This document shows positions 37,434 to 50,781 of a DNA stretch of 64,000 nt, one piece after another. This DNA is from Cenococcum geophilum (Eukaryota), in the NCBI GenBank assembly GCA_050273025.1, contig CP158635.1, positions 1,798,001-1,862,000 of the forward strand, read 5' to 3'. The notes beneath the pieces are model-generated. The model did no database searches. It saw only the letters and a program-made list of their open reading frames with translations, and was not told where the DNA came from. Numbering within the stretch: position 1 is the stretch's first letter; each line of letters begins with the position of its first letter. Position numbers and translations under genes: made by a program.

Positions 37434-40114
37434 ATGCCTTCCTCATCATTCTTTCTGAGTGTTGGCTCTGTTTTTCTATCCACTCTTGTTGCTCGTGTTT
37501 TTGCTACTACCTACACACTACAAGACTCCTACTCCGGTTTGAATTTCTTTGATGGCTTTAATTTCAACAGCAATAAAGATCCCACCAACGGTTATGTCAA
37601 GTGAGCTTTTCTACGCTTCAACCATTTGGGGACATGCTATTGACAAAACATAGGTATCTTGACTATAACGACGCGAAATCTACCGGGTTAATCAGCACAA
37701 GCCTTACGTCGGCAAAGCTGGGCGTTGATTCCACGAACAAGTATACCAGTAGTGACCAAGGACGGCCTAGCGTGCGTATCGAGACGAAGAAGAGTTACAC
37801 ACACGGTCTATTTATTGCGGATATTCAACATATGCCTGGAAGTATCTGTGGTATGAACTGGACGTCAATAACTCAAAGAAGTAAATTGACCTAATTAGGA
37901 TCGTGGCCCGCGTTCTGGTCTGTGGGTTCTGGAGTTTGGCCTGCGAATGGAGAAATTGGTAGGCTGCAACACCTTTCCAACATATGAAACCTTTAGGCCA
38001 TATACATTCACCCCTTGACACGTATCGTGCTTTCCGGTAGTTAGAAAGACTGACTTTATCTAGACATCATTGAGGGCGTAAATACGAACACAGACAACTT
38101 GATGGTGTTGCACACGGCTGATGGCTGCAGTGTTGCCGGATCAGGCCAGAGCGGCACTTTGAAAAGCGATATCTGTGACGTTTCCTACTCAACTTCAGGC
38201 TGCGGTGTTACACCAAACGTCTCTGCCACTTATGGCACCGCTTTCAACAATGCCAACGGTGGTGTGTTTGCTGTGGAGTGGACTTCAGCTGCTATCAAGA
38301 TGTGGTTTTTCCAACGTGGATCGATCCCACCCAGCATAAGCGTTGGACTTCCAGATACCTCCGAGTTTAAAACTCCTCAGGCCAATTTCGCTGGCTCTTG
38401 CGATATTGACTCGCATTTCTACAACCACACATTCATTTTCGATACCACCTTCTGCGGTGACTGGGCTGGGAACGCTTATCGTAAGTTCTTTAAACTCCAA
38501 AACTCCCCCATTGTTAATACGATGTTAACACCCCCTATTTGAATCTTCTGGTTGTCTTGGCAGCTGGGAAGGATGGCCTAGATTCTTGCGTTGCATACGT
38601 CGGCGGCAACCCTTCTAAATTTACTGAGAGCTACTGGGAGATCAACTCGTTCAAAGTTTATCGTGCAAATTCCGTTGTGTCCAGCTCTTCATCCTCGAAG
38701 CTGTCTCTAAAATTCCGGTCGCTAGCACATCTCCCCTCCCCCTACCACCCTACATGCCAATGGCCGCAGCAGCTCTGGGTCAGTACCGGCAACCATAACT
38801 GCGAAATCTTCGTCGAAGTCCATGAGCACTTCTAAGGCGGCTAGTACATCCAAGGCAACTAGCACTTTGAAGTCTTCCAGTGCATCCGCCACCTCAACAT
38901 CCTACAAGGCCTCTAGCTCGTCAAAGGCATCTAGTTCATCCGCAAGTTCTAGTTCATCCCAGGCCTACAGCTCATTCGTAGCTCCATCGCCCTCTAGTAC
39001 CCTGACCTCACCGAATGCCTACAGCTCATCTGAAGTTCTTTCATCTTACGGCGCTCCAAGCTCATCTGTAGCGGCAAGCTCTGTAGCTTCCTCTGTTATC
39101 TCGAGCTTCTCAGTGGCATCCTACGCAGTCTCAAGTTCCTCTGTGGCCACGAGCTCTTCGGCCGGTCTCTCGTCATATGTAACCTTGAGCACTGTTTCAA
39201 GCTCATCTGTGACTTCATCCTCATATGTTGCTCCCGTTTCTTCGGCGATACTCAGTTCATCCGACCCAGCAGTCTATGCGACCACAAGCGGCAGCTATGG
39301 CGCTCCTACCCCAAGTACCAGCGCAAAGGAAACTATCACAACCGTAATCACAACTTCCTACGTAGACGTCTGCCCGACTGGATTCACAACTTCCGTAATC
39401 ACACAGACTGTGACATACTGCCCTGGAGAGCAGACATCTGGTGGCCCAGCCCCTGGTTTCACGACGAAGGTGACGGTGTGCGAGCACTGCGCGCCTTACC
39501 CTACTACTGTGACTTTGACCGTGCCAACTTCTACCCCCGCGCCGTACACTACGGCCGTTCCAGAGTACACAACAGCCTGCTCTTCCGTTTCGATCCACTT
39601 CAGCCTCGCCGAATCCTCACCCGTCGCGGCAGGATACAGCTCTCCTGCTGAAGCTTACAGCTCTGTTGCTCCAGCCTACAGCTCCACAGTCCCAATCTCC
39701 AGCGGTGTCCCATACGGCGCGGCATCCATGCCCGCCACAACACTCTTGCACTCAACCAAAGTGCTGACCATGGAAGTCATTCCCGTACCTTCATCCGCTT
39801 ACGCAGCCTACTCTGCCGCTTCCCTGCCAGTTGTATCTGTCGTCCCAGCCAGCGCCGCGTCACCCTATGCCGCTTCCTCAGCACCATACGTCGCCCCCTC
39901 AGCATCGTATGTTGCACCCTCAGCATCGTATGTCGCGCCTTCAGGCGGATACGGATACTCGAACATGACTGTTGCCGCAACCGGAACGGCCGCACCTAGT
40001 GCAAGCTACACTGGACCGAGCGCACCTCTTTTCACGGGTGCAGCGGCCAGCCGTGGAGTTGTATTTGGAGCTGGTGTGGGTGTCTTTGGGTTGGTTTTAG
40101 GTCTGGTGCTATAG
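37434..40114 (+). CDS. GH16 endo-1,3(4)-beta-glucanase with signal peptide, Ser/Thr-rich stalk and GPI signal; frameshifted between catalytic domain and stalk (possible pseudogene or assembly indels)
   Basis: FFDGFNF...DPTNGYV, GRPSVRIE, WPAFWSVG..WP.NGEIDIIEG catalytic motif, FDTTFCGDWAG, YWEINS.KVY; 4 introns; C-terminal FTGAA plus hydrophobic tail; frame break at ~38698-38740. Confidence 0.85.
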
Positions 40115-40465
40115 GAGCGCTGTGGAGGAAGTTATTGGAATATTAAGAGCGAAATTAGAAATATGAACTGGATCCGTGCAGATGGTGGCCGCCATATAAT
40201 GCTATTCTAATCGTGATATATACCCAGATGATAATTATATTTTCGAGCATTTATCTACGGACTGCCTGTTTTAATGGTGCCTTGCCGAAGTTCGATACTG
40301 AGTACTATCTCCTATAAACTAACTTCGAGGCCCCGAAGGGCGTTGCGTACTCACTTACATTCAGTCATTTTGATGTCATTGAACTTAAATTACTTTGCTT
40401 TGGCGAGCAAATCGTATAGGCTAAATCCGTTTTCGGGGAGGGAATGAGGCTATCTACTAGATCAA

Positions 40466-42120
40466 CTAATCTTTACGCCGCTTAAATACCAGGGGGCAAC
40501 TATGCCCTTTCGCGAATCCGATAAAGTGATCCATCATCACCATGTCGTCATGTGTCTTCTCACCCGCCAATCTCAAAGTATACTTCTCAGTTATGCGAGC
40601 AGCCATTATCTTTATTTCCATTGTAGCCATGTTCTGCCCTGCGCAGATCCTGTTCCCGTAACCCCACACAAACATGTGCTCGCGCATCTCAGAAGTCCCA
40701 CCATTTGTCTCAATCCAGCGCTGCGGCTTGAAAGACTCAGGATCTGGAAAGACCTTGGGGTTTCTGTGCACAGTGAGTGCCTGAACGTGCACAATAGTCT
40801 GGAAGAGTGTTAGTCGGAGTAAATTTAGAGATACTGTGTCCTTACGTCTCCAGGTACAAATATTCCATCTATCATGTGTCCCTGCTTGGGCGTGGTTCGT
40901 GGAAGGCCAGGAGGGACACCCGGGTGAACACGAAAGGTCTCCTGGATGAGGGCATTCAGGATAGGAAGGTGCTGTAGCTTTAGATAGCAGAAGTCTGCTT
41001 CTTTAACGCCGGAGGCTTGGATTTCTCTCCTCAGGGCTTCTTGCCATTCTGGATGGCAGGCGAGTTCGTACAATAAATATGCCATCTCCAGAGCAGTGGT
41101 GTCTGTTGCAGCGAATATCAAATTGCTGACTTCGGAGGAAATATCCTTATCCGAAAGAGGTTCAATACCCTTTTCCGGATCTCCAGCGAGCATCTTTGTC
41201 ATAAGATTTGGTCTTTGCGCGTAGCGCCCAAACCTTTCGATGGACTCTTTCATTTGAGCCTCGCCGTACTCCTTGATATCAGTAATGAATTACTAAGTAG
41301 CTCTTCGGATGTTACCTACGCTATAAATATATTCTGAGGCACTAAGAAACTCTTGTACAGATTTCAGTGGAATCTTTTCGATGCATCTCAACAGCCAGGG
41401 AGCCTTTCCTTCCAAAGCCCACACAGGATGCACATTCTCAACCATCTGGACGTAGAATGGTGTTGTTTCGGATTGAAGGGCATTGAAGGACCTACCGAGA
41501 AGGACCTCACCTGTTTAATATGTTAGAAATGCTTTCCTATCTCGAGATGGAGGAAAGAAGCACAAACCAGAAATATCCAGAGCGAGCATGCGTGTGATGT
41601 AAAGCACTTCGCAAGGCTTCCCAATTGATTTCTCAACTAGATCTATCATCCTAGAGACTTGTTCTTGTATCATAGGTTCCAGCTGTAGCAGCACGTTGAG
41701 GCCAAAGATGTGCATTATTTTCTTTTGTCGCTCTCTATGCCTCTCATGATCCACCATTTGAAAAATTGCCTCACGCCCCATGGCCGAATAAATCTCTGAT
41801 TTGAAACATTTGGTGGACGGTCCGTAAATATCCCTAATAGCGGTGGCAGAAGAAAACGACAGCTCCCTTGGAGCAATCTGTACGACATTGCCCCCATATT
41901 TCTTGTGTATCTCTTGGACACAGTTCGCGTTATTGCCTGCAGTATCATGGACAAAGAGCCATTTGCTGGTAAGTTTTGCGATCAATGGGCCCGGCACTTT
42001 GAGAGATCGAAGAGCGAAGTAATTGGTAGTTACCCTCCATGCACAATACACAAGAGCAGTTGAAACCGCCCCAACAAGGTAATGAAGTAATTGGCCATCG
42101 GCCGCCATTATAAGGCCCAT
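40466..42120 (-). CDS. Cytochrome P450 monooxygenase; 4 exons
   Basis: N-terminal TM plus VPGP hinge, I-helix FAATDTT, ETFR (ExxR), PQRW, heme motif WGYGNRICAG; three GT-AG introns keep the frame. Confidence 0.92.
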
Positions 42121-42576
42121 AATGCACTATAGTTAGAGTTGTAGGGTAAGATAACAAAGGTATTTTGTGCGTTGGTAGGTTCCGAGTTTGAAGTGTCCCT
42201 TGGGAAGGAACCTTGGGACGAAGGAAGAGCTGGCCTTGATTTGTACTCGATGGCTGTAATCCCCGCAGTTAAACAAGATCGTTGGTGGCGGAAGAGCCAG
42301 ATTACTAGACGGCGGCCCGCAGAAGACGGACCTTGGGAACATATGCACGAAGATAGGTGGGGCATACAGGTGGGGTACAAATGTTGCTCACCCCACAACC
42401 AATAAATATTGCGTGGTCTGATCATGTTGTACGAACATGGCGTCTAGACAGAGAGATAATACATATGTTCAATGGCTCTGCATTTGTCCTAGTTGGCTAT
42501 TATTATCGGACCGGTTTAACCTAGTTCGATAGTAATGCTGTCTAGTAGCGTCCCCTTGAAGACTTGCCGCCACCTA

Positions 42577-42992
42577 CAGTACCTCGTCAAAAGTGTCCGT
42601 GCAGAGGTCACACCAAAATGACACTTTTTGCCAAAATGCTATACGAAAGTCACATAATTAATTCTAGAGCTTTAAAAAAATATCTGAAGCTACTTACAGA
42701 TATATAGTCTAGTAATTGCGATACTTTTTTAGAGTTTAAAATCTAAAGTCTTTTGTTAAAAGTCTCTAGGTTTTGCCGATTTCCCACTAAAACCTACTAG
42801 ATATTAAAAAATTTCTTAAAAATATAATAGCTTATAGAAATTTACTTTACTAAAACTCTCTCTATTTAAATTTTTATTTAAAAAGTATAAAAAAAGTATT
42901 ATAAATTTAAAAAGTTAAAAAAGAGAGAAAGTTTAAAAGGGTTATAATAAACTTTTACAATTTTAAAATAAAAAATTAAATAAAAAAGGCAC
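42577..42992. mobile_element. Truncated Tc1-like non-autonomous element end
   Basis: TA|CAGTACCTCGTCAAAAGTG start shares ACCTCGTCAA with the 8873 TIR, followed by RIP-like AT-rich sequence; no partner TIR found. Confidence 0.45.
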
Positions 42993-43354
42993 TAACGTGG
43001 GTCACCGGGTTATGACGGTCCACGTAGTTATGACGGAAATCTAACCGCCTGTCTAATTAGGAAAAGCGGTTTCCTATTTCGGTATTCTGCCGGAACATAT
43101 CGCTCTTCGTCGCTTAAGGGCCTCAGAGGACTTTAATCCGCCAACTCGCGGTTATCTAAGCAATCAGCTGCCTAATACACTGTAAAAAGTCGATATAAAC
43201 TCTCTCCTATATATAGTTAAGGCTTCATTTGGGTTTAATAATAAAATAATGCTTTGCGATGGTTTTTACTAGCGATTTGCCTGAAAATCGGCATTTGGCA
43301 GTATTTTGGTGTTCCATCATAACTCTAAATGCGGTTAGATTTCCGTCATAACTA

Positions 43355-46300
43355 TGTCGGACGGACAAGTCACTCATAAGAACTCTGTTGATTGAAGCTG
43401 GCTCTAGAAGCTCTCTATATACATGGCGTTGGGGTAAAAGACTGACGACGACACTGACGACGACACTAACGACGATTTAGAACTATTACTTAATCGCCAC
43501 CAGGTCGACATTGCCACTTAGTCAGTGATAGGTAATGAATAGGTAATAGAAAATAGATAGTAAGACATACGATGGCAAGAAACAGGGTGTAAGTTATAAG
43601 GTGGTACTTAACAGTGACCTTAACGTTCGACATACCCCCCTAGCTGCTTAGTCTTGACTGAGCAGCTAAATAGAAAATAGAAAAAGTCACGATACCAATT
43701 TGGTGTTAAGTTAAAGAAATCCCCTATAGAGTTACCTTGTTAAAATATTATCTAAATTAAATTAAATTAGATCCTTAATATTAACGAGATTCAATTATTA
43801 AACGAACGCCTCGTACTTCTGACGCGGTAGGGCCTTCATTAAGCCGTCTGCGACTATAGTAGCGGTAGGTATCCAATTAATTCTAATTCGGCTATTATGT
43901 ACTTCTTGGCGTAGCTAGTAGTAGTATATATCGACGTATTAAAGCTTTATAGATAGCTCTTATCCGTCCTTTGTAAGCAGTTAAATCGTCTATAAATTGT
44001 CGCAGTAGATTATTTGCTCCTTATCTAAGGATAGCTCAATTTCCTTAAAGAAGCGACTCTACTAAATTAACTTAGTTCCTATATAGGATAGAGCCGTAAG
44101 TTCTGCCTCTGTGCTTAACTTTATTACTAGTGTCTGCTTTATAGAGCGCTAATTAATTACTCCTCCGAATAAGGTGAACAAATATCCTTCTATACTACGT
44201 CTGCTTATTAAATCGTCTCTAAATACCGCGTCGCTTACCCCTATAAAGGCTTAACTTCCTATATTTTGTCCTAAGTATTTAATCGCCAAAGTCCTATTCT
44301 AATATAGGTATATAATCGCTCGTTAAGCTATAGCGTTGTAAAGAGATAAGGGGTTTTATAGGAACTCTAATAGCTTACTTAAAGCTTTAGCTGCATTAGG
44401 TCTTATAATATAGGTTATATAGAGTAGTAATCTAACTATCCTTTAGTAGATGTAGATCTCCTACTTTAAAGCTTCCTCTGGGTTAGGTAGAAGCTTATTA
44501 GTACTTATAGGTGTACTAACTAAACGTATATTAGTTAGGTAAAATATATTAGTAATCTTCTTAATATAGGAGTCTTAATAGAGCTATAGCTTTCTTTAAC
44601 TTCTGTTTCTTAAGACTTAAATTTCTAGGAACTAGGATAGTTTACCTAGGTTCTTTATCTTATACTTCTTTATAAGTACTTCCTTAAAGCTCTAGAGCTC
44701 TAATTAATTTTCTTTAGTAAAGGTGACGCAGATATTATCTATATAAAAGAATACAATTAGTAAGTTATTATAGTAAAAACACAGCTCTCCACTAACGGGC
44801 TTTAACCCTAATTTAATGAGTTAATTGCTAAAGTTATTATACTAAAGACGTGGCAATTATTAAAGTCTATAAAGAGCTCTATATAGTAGTAAATATTTAC
44901 CCTTAATAGCAAATCTATCTAGACACTTAATGTAGACTATCTTATTAATTAGGCTGTTTATAAACGCGTTAACAGCGTTGCCTTGCTAAACGTCCAAATT
45001 AAATGCTGTAATAATTGCTGCGAGAACTCTAAAGACTTTGGCTGCTAGAGTTACTACATAGGTGTCCTTATAGATTAACTCTTATAGGTTACCTCTAACA
45101 CAAAGTCGGGCTTTAAATTTTGTTAGGTATCTATTTATATCTATTTTGTAAGTAAATACCTAGATAATAGGTACCGTTTTAATTAATAGTGTTTTATCTA
45201 CGACCTTAAATGTTCTACGATTGTCTAGGTCTATATACTCCTTTATAGCGGCTACTAGGAACTCTACTTTATACTAGTAAGTTAGTAGCTTCTTCTAATT
45301 CTTAGGTAGAAGTAGAAGCTTATTATAATATATTTTCCTTTAATATTTAAGCCCTATATAAAAGGCTGCTTAAAACGGTTGGAAGGTATCTACCTCTTTA
45401 AGGTAAGTTAAATAGGCTTTATTTTGCTTTATTAGCTTCTTTAATCTTCTTCCTTATATAATATTATCCTTAGAGACCTTAGCTAAGTCTTTCTTCTTTA
45501 ACTCCTCTAGGTTAATTTCAATGTACTTAAAACTAGGGCGTTAATAGGTTAATAGAGCGGAGGATCTAGAGGTGCTTAAGGATTCTATATTAGTAGAAAT
45601 CAATTAAGGCTCTAGCGTTAATTCTAGTATAGGAAGGCCAGGTAAAGGATTAGTCTTAGAGGTGTTTACTATAATTGCGTTATCGCCTTAAGTATCTAGC
45701 TCCTTACGGTCCTAATTTCCACGAGAATCCACGCGTTGATTTCCATTATCTTTAACTTAAATTTTATTTAGAATCTTATTGTCCTTACTTATGTCATCTA
45801 CTAGGTCTTCCTAGAGCGTCCTATTAGGGTTAATTACGTTAATTACTTCTAGTATTTAATTAGCTTTCTTCTAAAGTAAATTTACTAGATTTAGCTGGCT
45901 ATTATTATAAATAAGTTGTTTATTAAATATAACGTCTCTAGTATAAATTACCTTCCCTTCGCTTAGTATATATATTTAAAAGATATTCATTAAATTATAC
46001 CCTACTAGATACTTAATATAGGCTCTAGGAGTAAGCTTTTAGGTATAAGGAATGTTATATTTAAGTAGGTATACTCTACAGTTATAGACACGTAAGTAAG
46101 CTATATTTAGCTTAGTTAGTAAGAGACCTATTACTAACTAAAGCTTTTTAAAGGGCGTTTTCCAGTTAAGCCGTCGGCTTAGTATCCTATTTATTATATA
46201 CGCTGCTACTGTTGGGAATAAAGGCAAATGGTCACTATATGAGGTATATTGCCGTCATGTGTAGCAAGTTGCCGTTACATGCGGCAAGTTGCCATCACGT

Positions 46301-48961
46301 GCCGCCGCGGCACTAGCGTGGTGAGGAACCTTAAGTTCCTTACCCCTTTCTTTAAGAAGAATATAGAACAATTATCATACTATCTACGAACCGTAGCTAC
46401 GTGATATCCCCCTTGTGTAACCAACAGCTACTTTAAAGACTTTAGGCTAGAGTTCTTCTAGTAGTCGTGCTTTAATTCGCATATATTAAGACTTTATTAT
46501 AATTACCCCCCTAAAATGTTCCGTAGGACCGTTCTGTTCTAGTGTACTTAGAGCTAAGTACTTTACTATAATACCCTTTTTAGCTATCTAGTTATCGAAT
46601 TTGTTTCTAAGCGATAACTTGTTATTAATATAAATTATAGCGACTTTAAAGCCGTAGTGTTGCTTAACTACATTATAATACTTAATAATTGCTTAGGTGG
46701 TTAATAACTTCTACGTAAATATTTTAACCTTATTTATTTATATCAGATTATTAAGAAAATGTATTATATATTTATGTCTATTATAGGCTTTAATTTCCTA
46801 AATTAAATCCACGTGTATATGGTAGAAGGGCCTTATTGCCTTATTTATAGGTATTCTTCTTAATATAATCTTATAAGCTTTGCTAACTATATAGGTCTTA
46901 TATTTAATTGTTATAGGGCCTTATAGAATCGCCCTAGTTACTTCCTTAGGTAATTGCTTAATAGTAGCACTTCCTGTATATCCGAGTTGACTATACTAAA
47001 GTTGTCCGTCTACCTTTTAATTCGGTAGAGGTTTCGTTAATTTAGCCGCAAAGGACGCGTCCTCCGTCCTTAGCTTTAATTCGTTATATTTAAGGGTTAT
47101 CTAACTATAGTAATATCCGCAATATATAAACTTCTCGCCACTGTAACGGTAGAGGTAGTTGCCTTTATTATACCAAAAGACACCTTTTTTATTAAGTCTT
47201 TAATTATAGACTAGATTTATATAAAATCCTAGTATATATATAGCCTTATTTAGATAAATCTTCTTCTTTCCTAATGGGGTAATAACTGTAACTTTAGCTG
47301 TTCTAAAGCCTTTAATAGTTTCTATACCGGATTTTATATATAACTAATTACTAGCTAGTTAGATATTACCTATAAATCTTACTTAGTTATTAATAATATA
47401 TAGGGTTGTTATAGGGTTAAGAATTATACTATTATAGAGAGCGTAATTAGATATAATATAAGCTCTAGCTTAATTGACTTTAAAGCTTCCGTATAGTTTA
47501 CTAGGTAAGCTCTTCTACTCTATATTCTTTATATTCTCTAGCTTCTTATTAGATAAGGCTTAGCTCCTTAATCGGTTGATTAAGGCCTTAAATTTAGGTA
47601 AAGCCTTAGTAAGCTTTTGCTCTACTAACTATATTTTTAAGTTATTTAGTTTTTAACCTAATAGTTGAATTAACTTAATAAGGTAGAAGCATTTCCTCTA
47701 TAGGTATAGCAATCCGCATAGACACGGCTTTGTCTATTCCTTTTTATCTATCCTTCTTAAAAAATTAGCTTCCGGTTTAGTTTCCAATTTATCTTCTAAT
47801 TTAGGCTTATTAATTGGCTCTCCTTTAAAGCTTACTGTATAGGAGCCCTACTAGCTCCTTGCCTTCTAAGCTAAGTCTAATTAATAATAATTTTAATAGA
47901 CCTTAATAATAACTTAAAGGGTAGGTAGTTTTTCCTTCTTCCTCTTAAAGTTCTGTAATTTGTTTTTCTAGTATTCTAACTATCCTAATAAGACAGATTT
48001 AATGGTATACACGAAGTCCTTAACTGGTCGATTACTATCTACCTTAGGTAGTTTAACCTTCTTATAGTTGTTATACACCTTCTCCTACTTATAGAGCCAC
48101 TTCTCGATATTCTAACTCTTTAGGGCTTTCTTTATTTTTAAATATTAGGTAGCTAGATTAACCTTCTAAGCGTTATTAGTTAAAGTAACTGCCTGCTTAA
48201 GTAACACAAGGATATTATAGACGGTATTTCCTTTAAAGGTATAGTTAATGTAGTTATAGGAAATAGTGTTAATAATATAGGTGCGTAAAGACTTAAGGGC
48301 TACTTCCTCTTTCTTATACTGCTTATAAGCATAGTTATATAATTTTTATAAAGCTTAAAGCTCTTCCTTTTCGCCTTTATTAAGGGCTAAGAACGTAGTC
48401 TTCTAAGGATTAATAACTAATAGTAATCGCTCTATATTTAGGTAGATTATTTTTCTTAATATCCGGATTAATATACTCCCATATACTCTTACCGTTAGCT
48501 CTATACTTAACTATACTAATCTATTAGTCCTAATCGTTTAGGCCTACTAGAATCACAGTATACGTCGTAATAAGGGTTTCGGATTATTAAGAGGACATTT
48601 TAAAGCCTCTACTGTTTAGTTAACAATAGGGTAATTAGGGGTTTAAATTAAAGATAATGTAGTAAATGGCCCAGGCTTATAACTATTAGACGGACAAGTC
48701 ACTTATAAGAACTCTGTTAATTAAAGCTAGCTCTAAAAGCTCTCTATATACATAGCATTAGGGCAAAAAACTAACGACGACACTGACGACAACACTAACG
48801 ACGATTTGGAACTATTACTTAATCGCTACCAGGTCGACATTGCCACTCAGTCGGTGATAGGTAATGAATAGGTAATAGAAAATAGATAGTAAGACATACG
48901 ATGGCAAGAAACAGGGTGTGAGTCATAAGGTGGTACTTGATAGTGACCTTAACGTTCGACA
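43355..48961 (-). mobile_element. Second full-length Ty1/Copia LTR retrotransposon (different family), RIP-inactivated
   Basis: 278-bp LTRs 43355-43632 and 48684-48961; TSD AACTA; C-run at 43633-43640 is the minus-strand PPT; degenerate pol similar to the 31-36 kb element. Confidence 0.95.
46210..46426. mobile_element. Solo LTR (217 bp) nested in the Copia integrase region
   Basis: TGTTGG...CCAACA ends; TSD GCTAC at 46205-46209 and 46427-46431. Confidence 0.9.
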
Positions 48962-48996
48962 AACTACGTGGACCGTCATAACCCGGTGACCCACGT

Positions 48997-49574
48997 TACT
49001 GGTGGCAGGGGCGAACGACTCGGCTAAAGCTCGCACAGATGGCTCTTGATATATTAACTATACGGGCTATAGGCGACGACCGCGAACGGGCGTTTAGTGA
49101 AGTTGGTAATCTACTAGAGCCGCGTTGCTTGAAGCTTCGCCCTCATATCATTGCTGCCTTACAGGGAAATCGCAGCTATATAAGAATGGGCTTTAAAAGA
49201 TCTAATAGCTAAGGTAGTAAATTCACCACGGTTAGTATAACTAGTAGCTAACCGTTGGAGTTAATAGTAGAAATTTTCTCCCTACTGAAGCCTTTTTATC
49301 GAAGCCTTCCTTACCATTATACCAAGCCTCGCAATATTATAATAACTATAAATTAGGGCTGCGGAGGAGCTTTTTAGCTAAATCGGTGGCTTGGAGGCTT
49401 AATTTTATACATTACTCTAAAATTTCTATATAAAATTAAACAAGCCTTCAAGCAAGCCAAGTAAGCCGACTGTTTCGACCTATCAAGCCAAGCAAGCCAG
49501 CTTTAGGTGCGAAAAGTTTCAAGCTAGTAAGTTAAGGCTTTCCGGCTTGGCTTGCTTGCTTAATAGCAAGTCTG
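48997..49574 (+). mobile_element. 3' end of a hAT transposon (dimerisation domain plus terminus)
   Basis: YWWQGRTTR.KLAQMALDILTI.A..DD.ERAFSEVG.LLEPR..KLRP.IIAALQ matches the hAT C-terminal dimerisation motif; AAGC(C/A)AAGC subterminal repeats; ends ...GCAAGTCTG. Confidence 0.85.
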
Positions 49575-50278
49575 CTTAGATGCAGAGGGGGAAGAGGAAA
49601 AAGTAGAGACTAAGGGACTTACAAAAGCCGTAAATTTTAACACAGAACGCGTTAAGAAACTGAAAGCAGCTCCCAAAGAAAGGACAAAGAGTGATAAGGG
49701 TTGGACAAGTCGTCCTGTTCAATAGCGTTTGAGATTCAAGTCACTATATTCATCTATGGGAGGGAAACACTTCCCTCCCAGTAAGGAGGTTTACGAACTT
49801 GGACATATATAGACTTTTTATTTTTAAGGTGATAGTTGGGGGAAAAGGGAGGGGGGTGGAATCCTTGTTTGGCGAAGCTAAATAACAATAACCCGCGCGG
49901 TCTTGCGTGTTGCAATTTCATCGTCAATCAGCTCGTAATGTGTGTGGCCCCGACTTGCCCGACTTGCGCAGATTGCCAACTCCGAGATCGTTGCCATCAT
50001 ACCACTCTTGAAGACGGCCAGTTGCGCTTCCCCATTATTCCTAATATGCAGGGAGCCAATTTCGCTAATGCGGAGATAAGACTCGAGGTGCAGGGAGTTA
50101 TCTAGATCTAAGCATGCCACAGAATCTGGATGAAGTTGGATTACTGTTTCTAGTACGGTGTGAGACTGCCTTATCGACTTGCTTTGAGTTGATCTGCGTC
50201 TAGTACTCTTGCGTTTGCGCTTTATATCCGCTTCATCCCCGGGTGGTATGGAATTAACCTCGTCGAGCAAAGATTGGT

Positions 50279-50665
50279 CTAAATTCCAGCACCGTGTTCG
50301 CGATCGATTCGTGCGTTGACAATGCCGTCTGAATAAGAATATCGGGAGGTGGGACAAATCCTCACTACTTCTACCTCGAGAGTCTCAAGTGAAGAGAAGT
50401 GGCTGCCTGGGTCTAGGAATGGCCCAATATCTACCTCTTCCCGTTCAGAGTGATCAGAAGACACAGATGCGTCATTATACACCTCTCTTTCGGCATCACA
50501 TTCTCGACCAGTTGTCGCATATCCATCATCGTAGGAGCCACCTGGAACCAAGCACATAGAGCACATCTCGTGGCCACATACAGGGCAGTGTCCTTCCATA
50601 AGCGGTATCAAGTTAGCGCCACCACACTGACAACAAAGCCATGAATCGACAACGACTTGGGCCAT
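50279..50665 (-). CDS. Hypothetical protein with N-terminal Cys-rich motif (W.CC.CG..N...CP.CGH..C..C); may continue by frameshift into 49878-50357
   Basis: MAQVVVDSWLCCQCGGANLIPLMEGHCPVCGHEMCSMC; overlapping downstream ORF in another frame. Confidence 0.5.
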   Translation of the reverse strand: MAQVVVDSWLCCQCGGANLIPLMEGHCPVCGHEMCSMCLVPGGSYDDGYATTGRECDAEREVYNDASVSSDHSEREEVDIGPFLDPGSHFSSLETLEVEVVRICPTSRYSYSDGIVNARIDREHGAGI

Positions 50666-50781
50666 TGCGTTAGCGTAGGAGAGACTCTTGTGATATACTA
50701 GGTTGAAATTCAATTATAGAAGAACCTTTTGGAAGAACTGTAGCGTAGGAGAAACTTCATTATCCAAACATTAATAAATTT

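Larger units (their letters stand above)
42995..48996. mobile_element. pogo/Fot1-type MITE (~390 bp) whose right TIR is interrupted by a Copia element
   Basis: Long TIR ACGTGGGTCACCGGGTTATGACGGTCCACGTAGTTATGACGGAAATCTAACCGC; the right copy is split between ~43331-43354 and 48967-48996; TA at 42993-94 and 48997-98. Confidence 0.9.
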
